Source of the DNA: Paragordius varius
Taxonomy: Eukaryota; Animalia; Nematomorpha
Direction of reading: 5' to 3'
Assembly: GCA_964247055.1 (NCBI GenBank)
Contig: OZ176057.1
Location: 2,914,001-2,978,000, forward strand
Length of the DNA stretch: 64,000 nucleotides
Shown: in pieces, positions 36,781 to 49,224 of the stretch
Numbering within the stretch: position 1 is the first letter of the stretch
Layout: each line of letters begins with the position of its first letter
Notes under the pieces: model-generated
Told to the model about the DNA's origin: nothing
Databases searched by the model: none
Seen by the model: only the letters and a program-made list of their open reading frames with translations
Made by a program: the position numbers and the translations under genes

Positions 36781-39500
36781 GAGGGTAAGTGAGAGGGAAG
36801 GCAATGGCAAACCACCCTCGTTTTTTACTGCCAAAAAATAGTTTTACTATATGAACTTAACGCGACTTTTCAAAGTTGGATGCTGGAAAGTACGTTCCTT
36901 AACAAAAACCAAACAGGTGATAATTGAAAAGGAAATGGAAAGATTGAACTTAGATATACTGGATCTAACGGAAACCAAGCAAAAAGGTAGCGCGAAAGTA
37001 CAAAACAAAAATTATACATTGTTAAGATCGGGAGATGACCAGAAATCAGAAGGCGTTGCAGTATTAATAAAAAACAAATTAAATAAAAGTCTCATTAGTT
37101 ATACACCATATACACCCAGAATCATGAGTATTAGGCTGAATGCCAAGCCATTTAAATTTACATACATAGTCTATGCTCCTACGTCAAACGCTCCCAAAGA
37201 AGGCATAGAGGATTTTTATGCAACGTTGCAAATAGTTTTGGAGGAAACGAAGAAAGGAGATATGATTATCATAGGAGGGGATTGGAACAGCAAAGTTGGT
37301 AGAGGCAGAGTAGATCAAATAGTTGGCCCATGTGGATTGGGAGAACGAAACGAGGCCGGGGAAGCATTGATCAATTTTTGTCAAGAAAATGAGATGATGA
37401 TAACCAACACATGGTTTCCACCACACAATAGGAGGTTATACACATGGACTTCTCCATGTGGTAAATATAAGAACCAAATTGATTACATAATATGTCCTCA
37501 AAAATGAAAAAGCTCTATAATCGATACCAAAACAAGCAAAAGCAGCGATTGCTCTAGCGATCATGAGCTTCTAGTAACCAAAATCAAACTTAAAATTAAA
37601 AATAAGGTTAAACATATATACAGATATGACACTCGGAACATTCCAAATAGTTTTAGAACAGAAACAAAAGATAGATTAGAAAGATTGGACAATGAATGTA
37701 GCTTAGAACAATTATGGAGAACGATAAAAAATGTTGTTAATGAAGTGGCAAAAGAAAAAGTGCAGAGAGCAAAGAGGAAAGATAACAAATGGATATCAGA
37801 AAAGAGTTTAGAGATTGCAGAAAAGAGGAGAAAAGCTAAATTAAGAGGTGATAATAAAATGGTAAAATTATATAACAAAGTATTTCAACGACAAACAAGG
37901 AAGAATTATGAAGATTTTCTTAATAAACAATGTCTGGAATGGAATTAAATAACAAAAAAGGATTAATGCAACCAATGTTCCAGAAACTGAAGCAAATGAC
38001 TCATAAACCTTTTATATCATCCCAAAAGATTAAAAAAGAGAATGGCACCATATTGTGCAAACAAACAGAAGTACGAGATAGATGGAAGGAATACACCCAA
38101 AAACTCTATCAGGCTCCTCAAGCAAAAGTGTTGCAATTAAAAGAAGAAGAACGTGACCCAGATATATTAAGAGAGGAGGGAATTAGCCTTAAAACAAATT
38201 CCTAACAACAAAGCAATGGAATTAGACAATATCCCAATAGAGTTCATAGATGCTATTCCTGTAGAAACGTTACACAAGTTATGTCAAAAGGTGTGGGAAA
38301 CATGTGAGTGGCCAAACGACTGGACATCATCCGTATATCTTACAAAAAAGGAAATGTACTCCAGTGCGAGAACTATCGGAACATATCTCTTATTAGCCAC
38401 GCTAGTAAGGTCTCACTAAAAGTAATACAAAACAAGATGCACAGTATCATACAGACAGAAATACCAGAAAATCAAGCCGGATTCATGAAGGGAAAAAGCC
38501 CAAGATACCATATCTCAAACATGAGAAGGATAATGGAAACATCAAAAGAGTTCCAGAAATTATACATGTGTTTTATTGATTACAGACAAGCCTTCGATTT
38601 AATTAACTATGACTGCTTGTGGGAAACATTAAAGATAGTAGGGGTATCGTCTCACTTAATAAGATTGATTAGCTCTCTCTATGTAAAACAAAGAGCGATT
38701 ATTAGAACATCAGCGGGTGACATAGACGAAATTATCTTGAAAGGAGTCAGACAAGGGTGTTGCTTATCCCCTTATCTGTTCAATATGTGCAGAGAAATGA
38801 TAATGAGAAAGTTGGATGGTAAAAATATTGGAGTAAGAATAGGAGGGAGAACAATCAATAATTTAAGGTTTGCAGACGATACCACTCTTATAGCTGAAAG
38901 TGCAAATGATTTGAAGGAATTGATTGAAGTGATTCGAAAGGAAAGTTTGAGTTATGGTCTTAAGCTTAATCCTAACAAAACCAAAATATTATGTACAGGA
39001 AAAAGCCTACAATTATTATAGAAGGAGTAGAAATAGAAATAGTTGAACAGTTAACGTTTTTGGGCGCAATAATTTCAGAGGATGGGTCTTCAACTCCTGA
39101 CATCAGAAAGAGAATAGGATTTAGTAGAGAAGCGATGACCAAATTAATAAAGATTTGGAAAAACAAAAGCGTAGGAGTTCAAACCAAAAAAAGATTACTC
39201 TACTGTTTCGTTCTCCCGGTCACCACATATGGATGTGAGAGTTGGACTCTCAGGAAAAGGGACAAAGAAAGGCTCATGGCTTTTGAAAGGAGCTGCTGGC
39301 GTAGGATGCTAGGATACACCTGGAAGGATAAAATTAAGAATGGAAATCTAACTTCAGAAATAAAACCTAAAACAAACATCCTGGAGATAATTCTAAAAAG
39401 AAAGTTAACATATTTTGGTCATGTCATGCGATCGAATTCTCTGGAGAAAGATACAATGTTTGGGAAGGTAGAAGGGCAAAGGAAACGAGGCAGACCACCG
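36781..39500 (+). mobile_element. RTE-clade (BovB-like) LINE, frameshifted APE + RT
   Basis: APE motifs (LDLTETK, GGDWNSKVG, NQIDYI) and RT motifs (FIDYRQAFD, GVRQGCCLSPYLFN, LRFADD). 5' GGAAGGCAATGGCAAACCAC motif. Ends at KRGRPP (3' tail missing). Confidence 0.9.
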
Positions 39501-39872
39501 AATATTTTAATGATAAAGTCTTTTTATACCGCTTCCACCATGCTTGAAATACAACAAAACTTGTTCAACCAAAATTATGCTATCACAAATTTTCATTTTA
39601 ACGTTTAGACTTTTTATTGCGCAAAATCTGCAGTTTGCGTTTGGTTGAAGATATCATCACATCGAGTCAAATTTGAGACTTTCGAAGCCGAATCTAAAAT
39701 ATATAGTTTTTACAAAAGTATATTTTTAGTTGTCATATAGTTTTTAAGAAATTTAGTGATATTTTTAGATGAGGTCTCAGTAAAAAAAACTTGGAGCAAA
39801 TTGTATAATTTTGTCATTGTTCAATATGGAGCAATTATCATAAAATTAACAATTTACATTACTTGTACGGCC

Positions 39873-40157
39873 TGATATAAAAAGGATATATATATTTATT
39901 TAGTATAACAACAAAACTGAATAATATATGATGATCTGCGTGTCACAATGATTCCTTATATATATTATGAAATTTGGTTATTGCATTCACAAGGATATAG
40001 TTGTCTGATTTAAACGTTGTAAAAGATAATAAGTATAAATAAAATAATTTGCATTCACAACCAAGGTAATATATATTTTTAACGTAACAAGGACAAAAGT
40101 GTATTATGCGCTAAAAAAGAGAAGGATAATTTGCGTATGATAATAACCCTTTTAACA
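39873..40157 (-). repeat. Gypsy LTR 1 (outer 3' LTR)
   Basis: 285 bp, TG...CA. PPT AAGGAAGAAGG adjacent at ~40160-40170. Confidence 0.9.
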
Positions 40158-41803
40158 TACCTTCTTCCTTAAGCTTGATATCGGTCGGTTGGCTTTCGGG
40201 ATCGAATCGGGTACCGGCGAGTCGTAGTAGGAGAAGTGTCACTTGTTTGCACGGGAGTATTCTCACTTGAAGGCGCACTTTCTGATTCCGGATTCTCCTC
40301 GATGTTTTCAGGGGTTTTTATTTCATGTTCCGTGGGATGTTTTCTGAGGTTTTTATCATTGTTGTTTAAGTTTGCGGATGATGAGTTAGGAATGCTGATT
40401 GATATTTCCGGGTTATCTAGATTTTTAGTCTTTTCCTCACTTCTCCCGTCTTCTCCTTCGGCCGACATATCCATGCGATTCTTTAATTGATCAGCATGTT
40501 TGCGGATAATTTTGCCATTGTCGTTGACATTGTACGATAACCATCCCGTTCTGTCGACGATTTGTCCCTCCCTCCAACCAGTACACAATTCATTCTTGAT
40601 ATATACTTTTTGTTCCTTTTCAAACTCCTGCGGAATGTCGGGAGTATCCATGAATTCGTTGGGTTTCGTTTTCATCCATGTAAATGGGCTTTGCATAGTT
40701 CTTTTTAAAAACAAATGCGCGGGGGTCTCCTTCGTGGAACTGTGATGCGTGTTTCGGTATGCCCATAAGATTTGGTTTAATCTTCGCATTGGGTCTGCTG
40801 AAAGTGGGGTTGACATTGAATAATGATTTTTTAGAGTGTAAATTACTCTCTCTACCAACCCATTTGTTCGGGGGTGGTAGGGAGCTGATGTTACGTGTTT
40901 TATATTAGAGGAAGCTAAAGTTCTCTCAAACTCCCCCGATTTAAAATAAGAGCCGTTATCAGTAACCACCACTTTTGGGTACCCATACCGGCATAAACAG
41001 GTTTCTAAAAAACTTTAGAATATTACCTGTATTCACAGAGCGTAACGTCTCTACCTCCACCCAGCGGGTGCAATGATCAATTAGTACCACCCAGTATAAA
41101 TTGTCAATGGGTCCGGCGATATCTAGGTGGAGCCGTTCCCATATGGTTGATTCAATTTTGCATGAAAATTATGTGAACCCAAAAATGATCTAAGAGTGGT
41201 TTTGTTGGTCGGGGTCGGGCACTCTTGGATGGCTTTAATTTTATAGAGGGTTTAATGCAATTTTTAGAAATAATATGACCAAGATATTCCACAAATGGTT
41301 GAAAAAGTTTTATCTTTGCGCAATTTTAATCCCATTGTCTCCAATTTGGTAAATACCTTTATTAGGTTGTCCTTGTGCTTTGTTTCGGTTTCGCCTGTCA
41401 CTATAACGTCATCTAAATAAACGGCGGTACCTGTGCAATCTTTTAATAATTCGTCCATTATTTGTTGAAAGAAACTTGAAGCGCAATTCAATTGGTCGGC
41501 CGAAGGAGAAGACGGGAGAAGTGAGTAAAAGACTAAAACTCTAGATAACCCGGAAATATCAATCAGCATTCCTAACTCATCATCCGCAAACTTAAACAAC
41601 AATGATAATAACCTCCTAAAACATCCCACGGAACATGAAATATGAACCCCTGAAAACATCGAGGAGAATCCGGAATCAGAAAGTGCGCCTTCAAGTGAGA
41701 TTACTCCCGTGCAAACAAGTCACACTTCTCCTACTACGACTCGCCGGTACCCGATTCGATCCCGAAAGCCACCCGACCGATATCAAGCTTAAGGAAGAAG
41801 GTA

Positions 41804-42085
41804 TGTTAAAAGGGTTATTATCATACGCAAATTATCCTTCTCTTTTTTAGTGCATAATACACTTTTGTCCTTGTTGCGTTAAAAATATATATTACCTTGG
41901 TTGTGAATGCAAATTATTTTATTTTTACTTATTATCTTTAACAACGTTTAAATCAGACAACTTTATCCTGGTGGATGCAATAACCAAATTTCATAATATA
42001 TATAAGGAATCATTGTCACACGCAGATCATCATATATTCAGTTTTGTTGTTATACTAAATAAATATATATATCCTTTTTATATCA
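41804..42085 (+). repeat. Gypsy LTR 2 (internal), preceded by PPT and followed by PBS
   Basis: 282 bp. PBS TGGCGCGGCCG at 42088, whose acceptor-end pattern resembles tRNA-Ser. Confidence 0.9.
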
Positions 42086-42106
42086 ACTGGCGCGGCCGTT
42101 CGAGGC

Positions 42107-45100
42107 TATGGAAAAAATTAATTTATCATGTTTTAATATGTTGAGTTTACAAATTATATTACATATATTAAACGCAATTTGGAGGTCAAGAATGTCGCTG
42201 CCACCCATGAAAATATGAAGGCATGTTTGTTGGCTTTCTGAGGAATCGAAAATAATAATAAAATTGAAAATTATTTCTATCCACAAGCAATAGACAACAT
42301 ACCATTCCCAGGTCTATTAAACGCCGGTATAAAAATCTTCTCCCCCTCAAGGAATATATTTTCGTCGCGTTTTGATTTAATTAAAATGAAGAGGGGGAGA
42401 ATGGAAACGTTCACAGAATTCCTGTTAAGAGTTAAACAAATGGCCATCCACTGCCGGTTCTCGTCAAACATTGACGAGCGCATCAGAGATGTATTCATCG
42501 CGGGGTTAGATGAGCAAGCAGTGGAGATGGAGCTATTTACACGGTTCCCGGAGGCTTTAGAAAACGGGGCTCCCGTTTCTCTAAACACTGTGGTAAATAT
42601 TGCTTTATCACATGAGAAGGCACGAAATGTACTAACAAATGCAGAAGTGCTGTCCATCAATATTGATAATGATCATAATAGTAACAATAATAAATTTTCC
42701 TATTGAAATGATTTTTGATACGGGTGCCGATATTTCAATCATAAATTATAAAAACTGGTGCCGTCTAGGCAAACCACCACTAGATTTTCATATAATATTT
42801 TCATACATGCATACAATAATAATCGTATAAAAACATTAGGTAAATGCAAATTACAGGTTGAATTAGATAAAAGAACGCACATTCTAGAGTGCTTTATTAT
42901 AAACAACAATTTACCATCAATATTTGGAATGGACTGGATAAAACAATTTAATTTGAAATTACCGAGTCATGTAATAATAAATAACTTATCTTCATATGAT
43001 ATATATAACAAATTTAGCAAGTTATTTTCTGAGGGCCTTGGTTGCTGGAAAGGCGAACCGATTAGGGTGTTTTTAAGTAATAATAATTGTGGTAGAATTT
43101 TTCCAAATAGAAGGGTGCCACTATCGTTACAAAGCAAAGTGGAGGATGAGATAAATAGATTGGTAAAACTGGATATAATTGAGCCTGTTGATCCAAAAAA
43201 GACTAGAATCGTTTGGTGCCCTACTGTAAATATTTTAAAACCGAATAAAGAGCTTAGAAAATGCGCGGATTTTAAAATAAGTATAAATTCACACATAAAA
43301 CCGCCGCAATACATAATCCCAACCTTTGACTACCTCATCTCAAAAAATTCCTTCGGCAAATCTTTCTCGACACTAGATTTGAAAGACGCCTATTTTCTAA
43401 TTCCAGTAGACCCAGATAGTCAGCAGTTACTAACAATTTCTACACATAAGGGGTTTTATAAGTATAAACGATTGCCTTTTTGCGCTCCAAGTTTCTTTCA
43501 ACAAATAATGGACGAGTTATTAAAAGATTGCACAGGTACCGCCGTTTATTTAGAGGACATTATAGTGACAGGCGAAACCGAGACAAAGCACAAGGACAAC
43601 CTAATAAAGGTATTTACCAAATTGGAGACAATGGGATTAAAATTGCGCAAAGATAAAATAAAACTTTTTCAACCATCTGTGGAATATCTTGGTCATATTA
43701 TTTCTTAAAATTGCATTAAACCATACCCAAATAAAATTAAAGCCATCCAATAGTGCCCGACCCCGACCAACAAAACCACTCTTAGATCATTTTTGGGTTT
43801 ACTTAATTTTCATGCAAAATTCATCCCTTCCCTAAGCATTTTAATGGGAGAACTACATAAATTAGCAGGTAACAAACAAAAATTGGACGCTAACGCATTC
43901 GATTTTCAAAAAAGCTAAAGACTTGATCTGCCAGAGTAGTTCCTTGCATCCGTATAATCCCAAACTACCTATAGTCTTGGATACCGACGCGTCAATGTCA
44001 GGATACGGTGCTATTTTATTACATAGAACAACAGCGGTTAATCGCCCGATCGCCTACACGTCAAAAAATGCTCTCAAGCTGAAGAAAACTATTCAGTAAT
44101 TGAGCTAGAAGCAAAAGCTATCCTAATAGCGTTAGAGAAGTTTAAAACCTTTTTGTATGGCAGAAAATTTATAATAAAAACGGACCACAAACCTCTAGTG
44201 AAACTATTTGGGCCTCAAAGAGATCTAAATAAAATTAATAATTGTAAACTAGTACGCTGGATAACTAGAACATCGGTATTCGATTTTAACATAGAATATC
44301 ACCCTGGTACAGAAAACATAACTGACTGCCTATCGAGACTTCCCATTGAAAACCAGGAGCCGATGGCTTTTGAGAAAGACGATGAAAGTAGCAATGTTCA
44401 TTTGATTTGGTCCAACGAATTAAATTTAAATGGAGAAATTATCTATCAAGAGTCTATAAAGGATCCTACGATAGCAAAATTAAAAGTAGCCCTAAGGTCT
44501 AATAATTGGACGGACCCCCTGGTCAAGCCTTTCATCGCAATAAAAAATGAAATTGAGGATGCATACGGTCTATTATTTGTGGAAGATCGGGTAATAATCA
44601 TGAACAAAATTAAGCCAGAGATTTCAAGATACCTGCATAGTGGCCATCCGGGAATACAAGCCATGAAACTATTAAGCCGTGAAAAGGTTTATTGGCCCGG
44701 GTTGAGCCAAAATATCGAAAAATGGGTGCGTAGTTGCCAAAACTGCCAAAGGCTGCGTCCAAATGTACCCGAAAATCCCACCTATCAATGGAACGGGAAT
44801 ACAACCATATAAGAACGGCTCCACCTAGATATCGCCGGACCCATCGACAATTTATACTGGGTGGTGCTAATTGATCATTGCACCCGTTGGGTGGAGGTAG
44901 AGACGTTACGCTCTGTGAATACAGGTAATATTCTGAAGTTTTTAGAAATCTGTTTTTGCCAGTATTGGTACCCAAAAGTGGTGGTTACTGATAACGGCTC
45001 TTATTTTGAATCGGGGGAGTTTGAGAGAACTTTAGCTTCCTTTAATATAAAACACGTAACATCAGCTCCCTACCACCCCCGAACAAATGGGTTGGTAGAG

Positions 45101-45567
45101 AGAGTAATTTACACTCTAAAAAATCATTATTCAATGTCAACCCCACTTTCCGCAGACAACACGCATCACAGTTCCACGAAGGAGACCCCCGCGCATTTGT
45201 TTTTAAAAAGAACTATGCAAAGCCCATTTACATGGATGAAAACGAAACCCAACGAATTCATGGATACTCCCGACATTCCGCAGGAGTTTGAAAAGGGGCA
45301 AAAGGTATATATCAAGAATGAATTGTGTACTGGTTGGAGGGAGGGACAAATCGTCGACAGAACGGGATGGTTATCGTACAATGTCAACGACAATGGCAAA
45401 ATTATCCGCAAACATGCTAATCAATTAAAGAATCGCATGGATTGGTCGGCCGAAGGAGAAGACGGGAGAAGTGAGGAAAAGACTAAAAATCTAGATAACC
45501 CGGAAATATCAATCAGCATTCCTAACTCATCATCCGCAAACTTAAACACCAATGATAATAACCTCCG
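42107..45567 (+). pseudogene. Gypsy gag-pol, frameshifted (gag zinc knuckle deleted in this copy)
   Basis: ORFs 42386-42706, 42758-43708, 44153-44812 and 44861-45567 give gag, PR-RT, RH-INT(HHCC) and INT core in order. Confidence 0.85.
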
Positions 45568-46764
45568 ATCGGTTCGCCTTTCCAGCAACCAAGGAGAAAA
45601 TAACTTGTTAAATTTGTTATATATATCATATGAAGATAAGTTATTTATTATAACATGACTCGGTAATTTCAAATTAAATTGTTTTATCCAGTCCATTCCA
45701 AATATTGATGGTAAATTGTTGTTTATAATAAAGCACTCTAGAATGTGCGTTCTTTTATCTAATTCAACCTGTAATTTGCATTTACCTAATGTTTTTATAC
45801 GATTATTATTGTATGCATGTATGAAAATATTATGAAAATCTAGTGCTGGTTTGCCTAGACGGCACCAGTTTTTATAATTTATGATTAAAATATCGGCACC
45901 TGTATCAAAAATCATTTCAATAGGAAAATTATTTATTTTAGGAATGATTTGGGGTTTTTTGCCTTATTAAAATCGGAATATGCTTTAAACGTTACCTTAC
46001 AACATCGAGCAAAGTGGTTTGAACGATGGCATCTATAACATTCTTTTCCATAGGCAGAACGATGTCCCAACGTATAGTCCTCCCACATTTTGTGCAGGTT
46101 CGTCGGTTATTATTACTATTGTTGCTTTTTGATTGGTGAAGTGTGGCTATTTCATTTATTTCACCATTACTACTGTGGTTTTTATTATTGTTACTTTAAT
46201 TATCATTATCAATATTGATGGATAGCACTTCTGCATTTGTTAGTACATTTCGTGCCTTCTCATGTGATAAAGCAATATTTACCACAGTGTTTAGAGAAAA
46301 GGGAGCCTCGTTTTCTAAAGCCTCCGGGAACCGTGTAAATAGCTCCATCTCCACTGCTTGCTCATCTAACCCCGCGATGAATACATCTCTGATGTGCTCG
46401 TCAATGTTTGACGAGAACCGGCAGTGGATGGCCATTTGTTTAACTCTTAACAGAAATTCTGTGAACGTTTCCATTCTCCCCCTCTTCATTTCAATTAAAT
46501 CACGCGACGAAAATATATTCCTTGAAGGGGAGAAGATTTTTATACCGGCGTTTAATAGATCTGGGAAAGGTATGTTGTCTATTGCTTGTGGATAGAAATA
46601 ATTTTCAATTTTATTATGATTCCTCCGAAAGCCAACAAACATGCCTTCATATTTTCATCGGTGGCTGCGACATTCTTGACCTCCAAATTTCGTTTAATAT
46701 ATGTAATATAATTTGTAAACTCAACATTTGGATTTTTTCCATAGCCTCGAACGGCCGCGCCAGT

Positions 46765-47046
46765 TGATATAAAAAGGATATATATATTTATTTAGTATAA
46801 CAACAAAACTGAATATATGATGATCTGCGTGTGACAATGATTCCTTATATATATTATGAAATTTGGTTATTGCATTCACCAGGATAAAGTTGTCTGATTT
46901 AAACGTTGTTAAAGATAATAAGTAAAAATAAAATAATTTGCATTCACAACCAAGGTAATATATATTTTCAACGTAACAAGGACAAAAGTGTATTATACAC
47001 TAAAAAAGAGAAGGATAATTTGCGTATGATAATAACCCTTTTAACA
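46765..47046 (-). repeat. Gypsy LTR 3 (internal, inverted), with PPT and PBS
   Basis: 282 bp. PBS at 46745-46762; PPT and pol tail at 47047-47234. Confidence 0.9.
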
Positions 47047-47234
47047 TACCTTCTTTCTTAAGCTTGATATCGGTCGGGTGGCTTTCGGGATCGAATCGGG
47101 TACCGGCGAGTCGTAGTAGGAGAAGTGTCACTTGTTTGCACGGGAGTATTCTCACTTGAACGCGCTCTTTCTGATTCCGGATCCCCGATGTTTTCAGGGG
47201 TTTTTATTTCATGTTCCGTGGGATGTTTTCGGAG

Positions 47235-47486
47235 AGTATAACAACAAAACTGAATAATATATGATGATCTGCATGTCACAATGATTCCTTATATATATTA
47301 TGAAATTTGGTTATTGCATTCACAAGGATAAAGTTGCCTGATTTAAACGTTGTTAAAGATAATAAGTATAAATAAAATAATTTGCATTCACAACGAAGGT
47401 AATATATATTTTTAACGTAACAAGGACAAGTATTATGCACTAAAAAAGAGAAGGATAATTTGCGTATGATAATAACCCTTTTAACA
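47235..47486 (-). repeat. Gypsy LTR 4 (outer 5' LTR, inner ~30 bp and PBS missing)
   Basis: Shares diagnostic variants with LTR 1. Ends TTTTAACA|CGGCC. Confidence 0.85.
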
Positions 47487-47609
47487 CGGCCCAAAAGCGA
47501 AAGCAGTAGAAATCCAATTTTTTGCACTGTGTAATATATTTTCAACCAATCAAAGAAAGAGGCTTTTTCCAAAAAAAATATTTGATACAAAATATTTCTT
47601 GGATCAAAG

Positions 47610-48650
47610 CAGGGGTGTCTAACACGCTGCCCTCCAAAACATTTTTGCGGCCGACGAAAATTTTGTAACGAATAAAAATTTCTATCATTTTCTTTATAAT
47701 ATTATATATTTTAAATAAAATATATTTAAATAATATTTATTTTGATTGGACCATTTTGTTCGGTAAAGGGTTATTTTGAGGTCGTTTTATATTTATTTAT
47801 TTACCACCTATAACACTTAAATTATAGTTTTTTTAAAGATCTTTAATGTAAAAATCATCAATCATTCAAAATTTTACCGTACAAATAAGTAACAATTTTT
47901 GTGTTAACCCTTCGATTTGAATTGGGGTATCTAAATATCCCAGACTTAATTTGAGTTAAAATTTTTAAAAAATTATTGAAGGAAACGGTCCCAATTCAAA
48001 TTTATGCTTATATCCTAATAAAAATTAGCCAAAATATCTAAATAAAATTTTGTTTTGAAAAAAAAGTTCCATGTCAAACTACTTCGATACCATTTTTATT
48101 TTACTTTTGCAAAATATCGTCTTCATTTAATTTTAAGGTTAAAATTTAAGCTATATTACATCTAAAATTGATAGAAATAGAAAAAGCGATTTATTTTGTA
48201 TTTTCAATTTTTGCGCACAGTCATGTTGACTAAATTTTTACCCGGTTTTAGCTTAAAATAAGTAGTATTTTTGCGGTTTATTAATGTTATATAAGTGGAA
48301 ATTTTTGCCATGTTTTCGATTCCTTCCATATTGTTTAAAGAATTTAATTTTAAACAGGTCTGGGGTATTTAACCACCCTTTTTGAATCAAAGGACTATAA
48401 TGAATGTGTGTAACCAAGTGTTAAACAACTTTTAAATTTAAAAAAAGTGGGCAAATGTAATATGTCTTACCAAATTTTGCCAACGACTAAAAAATTAAAA
48501 TTTATTAGAAATTATATAAAAGTCGTTAATCAGTCCTGTGGTTTAAAAATAAATATGAAGTTCATTTGTTATAAATATTATAAAAAAGCGGCTTTCAGAT
48601 TTTTTGATTTAAAAATGCGGCCCACGAGCCATTTACGTTTAACGCCCCTG
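47610..48650. mobile_element. hAT (Charlie-like) MITE
   Basis: TIRs CAGGGGTGTCTAAC...GTTTAACGCCCCTG. TSD GATCAAAG / GATTAAAG. Confidence 0.75.
47908..48393. mobile_element. Possible piggyBac-like MITE nested in the hAT MITE
   Basis: TTAA|CCCTTCGATT...AAATATCCCAGAC on the left and GTCTGGGGTATTT...AATCAAAGG on the right. The right-hand TTAA is not intact. Confidence 0.35.
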
Positions 48651-49126
48651 GATTAAAGCTTTGAACATCACCATAAATAGATTGACATAGGTTTCTTAAA
48701 TTTGCAATTTTGCTCTTGACTCGTAACTTATTAATCGGTAACTAATAGGATATAAGCCCCATAATGTAGATTTTTTATTATATATGCATTTTTTATAATG
48801 TTTTATGATTTCCAATTTTGTTCACCATGTTATTGATTCATTAACTTTTCGGTGTTTTACGATTCGATTTTCCGCTAGGTTTTGTACCTCATGGCTTTAA
48901 TGTTAGCCATATTAGAAAACAGTTTACTTAATTCTTAAGTAAATATGGACAATCTCCAAAAATCGGTTAAATCAAATCTTTCATAAATATCAAAAATTTG
49001 CTGCTAAAATGTAATTTTAATTAAGTTTATTAAAATTTTAATTGAACATACTTTTTATTTGTCTGTTTTTAAATAAAAATCAAAAAAAATAAAAGGAAAA
49101 TGACGGGGAATTGAAATAAGGGTTGT

Positions 49127-49224
49127 ATTATATTATTTTATAAATGATATAAATTATGCCCTAAATAAACGCATTTCAATTCGCTAATTAATATAACAAT
49201 TTTATATAATAATCTAAGGTGCAA
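49127..49224 (+). repeat. Left copy of 98-bp target-site duplication (right copy 52227-52324)
   Basis: Ungapped alignment by eye shows 6 mismatches in 98 bp. Confidence 0.85.

Larger units (their letters stand above)
39873..47486 (-). mobile_element. Scrambled Gypsy/Ty3 LTR retrotransposon complex with four LTRs
   Basis: Outer LTR ends are flanked by TSD CGGCC (39868-39872, 47487-47491). Contains gag, protease (IFDTGA), RT (LDLKDAY, YLDD), RNase H (DAS, ELEA) and integrase (TDNG, GLVER) segments in both orientations. Confidence 0.9.

Noticed and set aside
37184-37878. Antisense or overlapping ORFs opposite RTE, Gypsy and SUZ12 exons
   Set aside because: These are shadow frames of real or decayed coding sequence, with no independent evidence.
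41140-41500. Shared ATTCAATT 8-mer at two Gypsy junctions as a recombinase site or restriction/ligation artefact
   Set aside because: At the first junction it is fully explained by the two parental sequences, it is absent from the other two junctions, and the sequence is very AT-rich.
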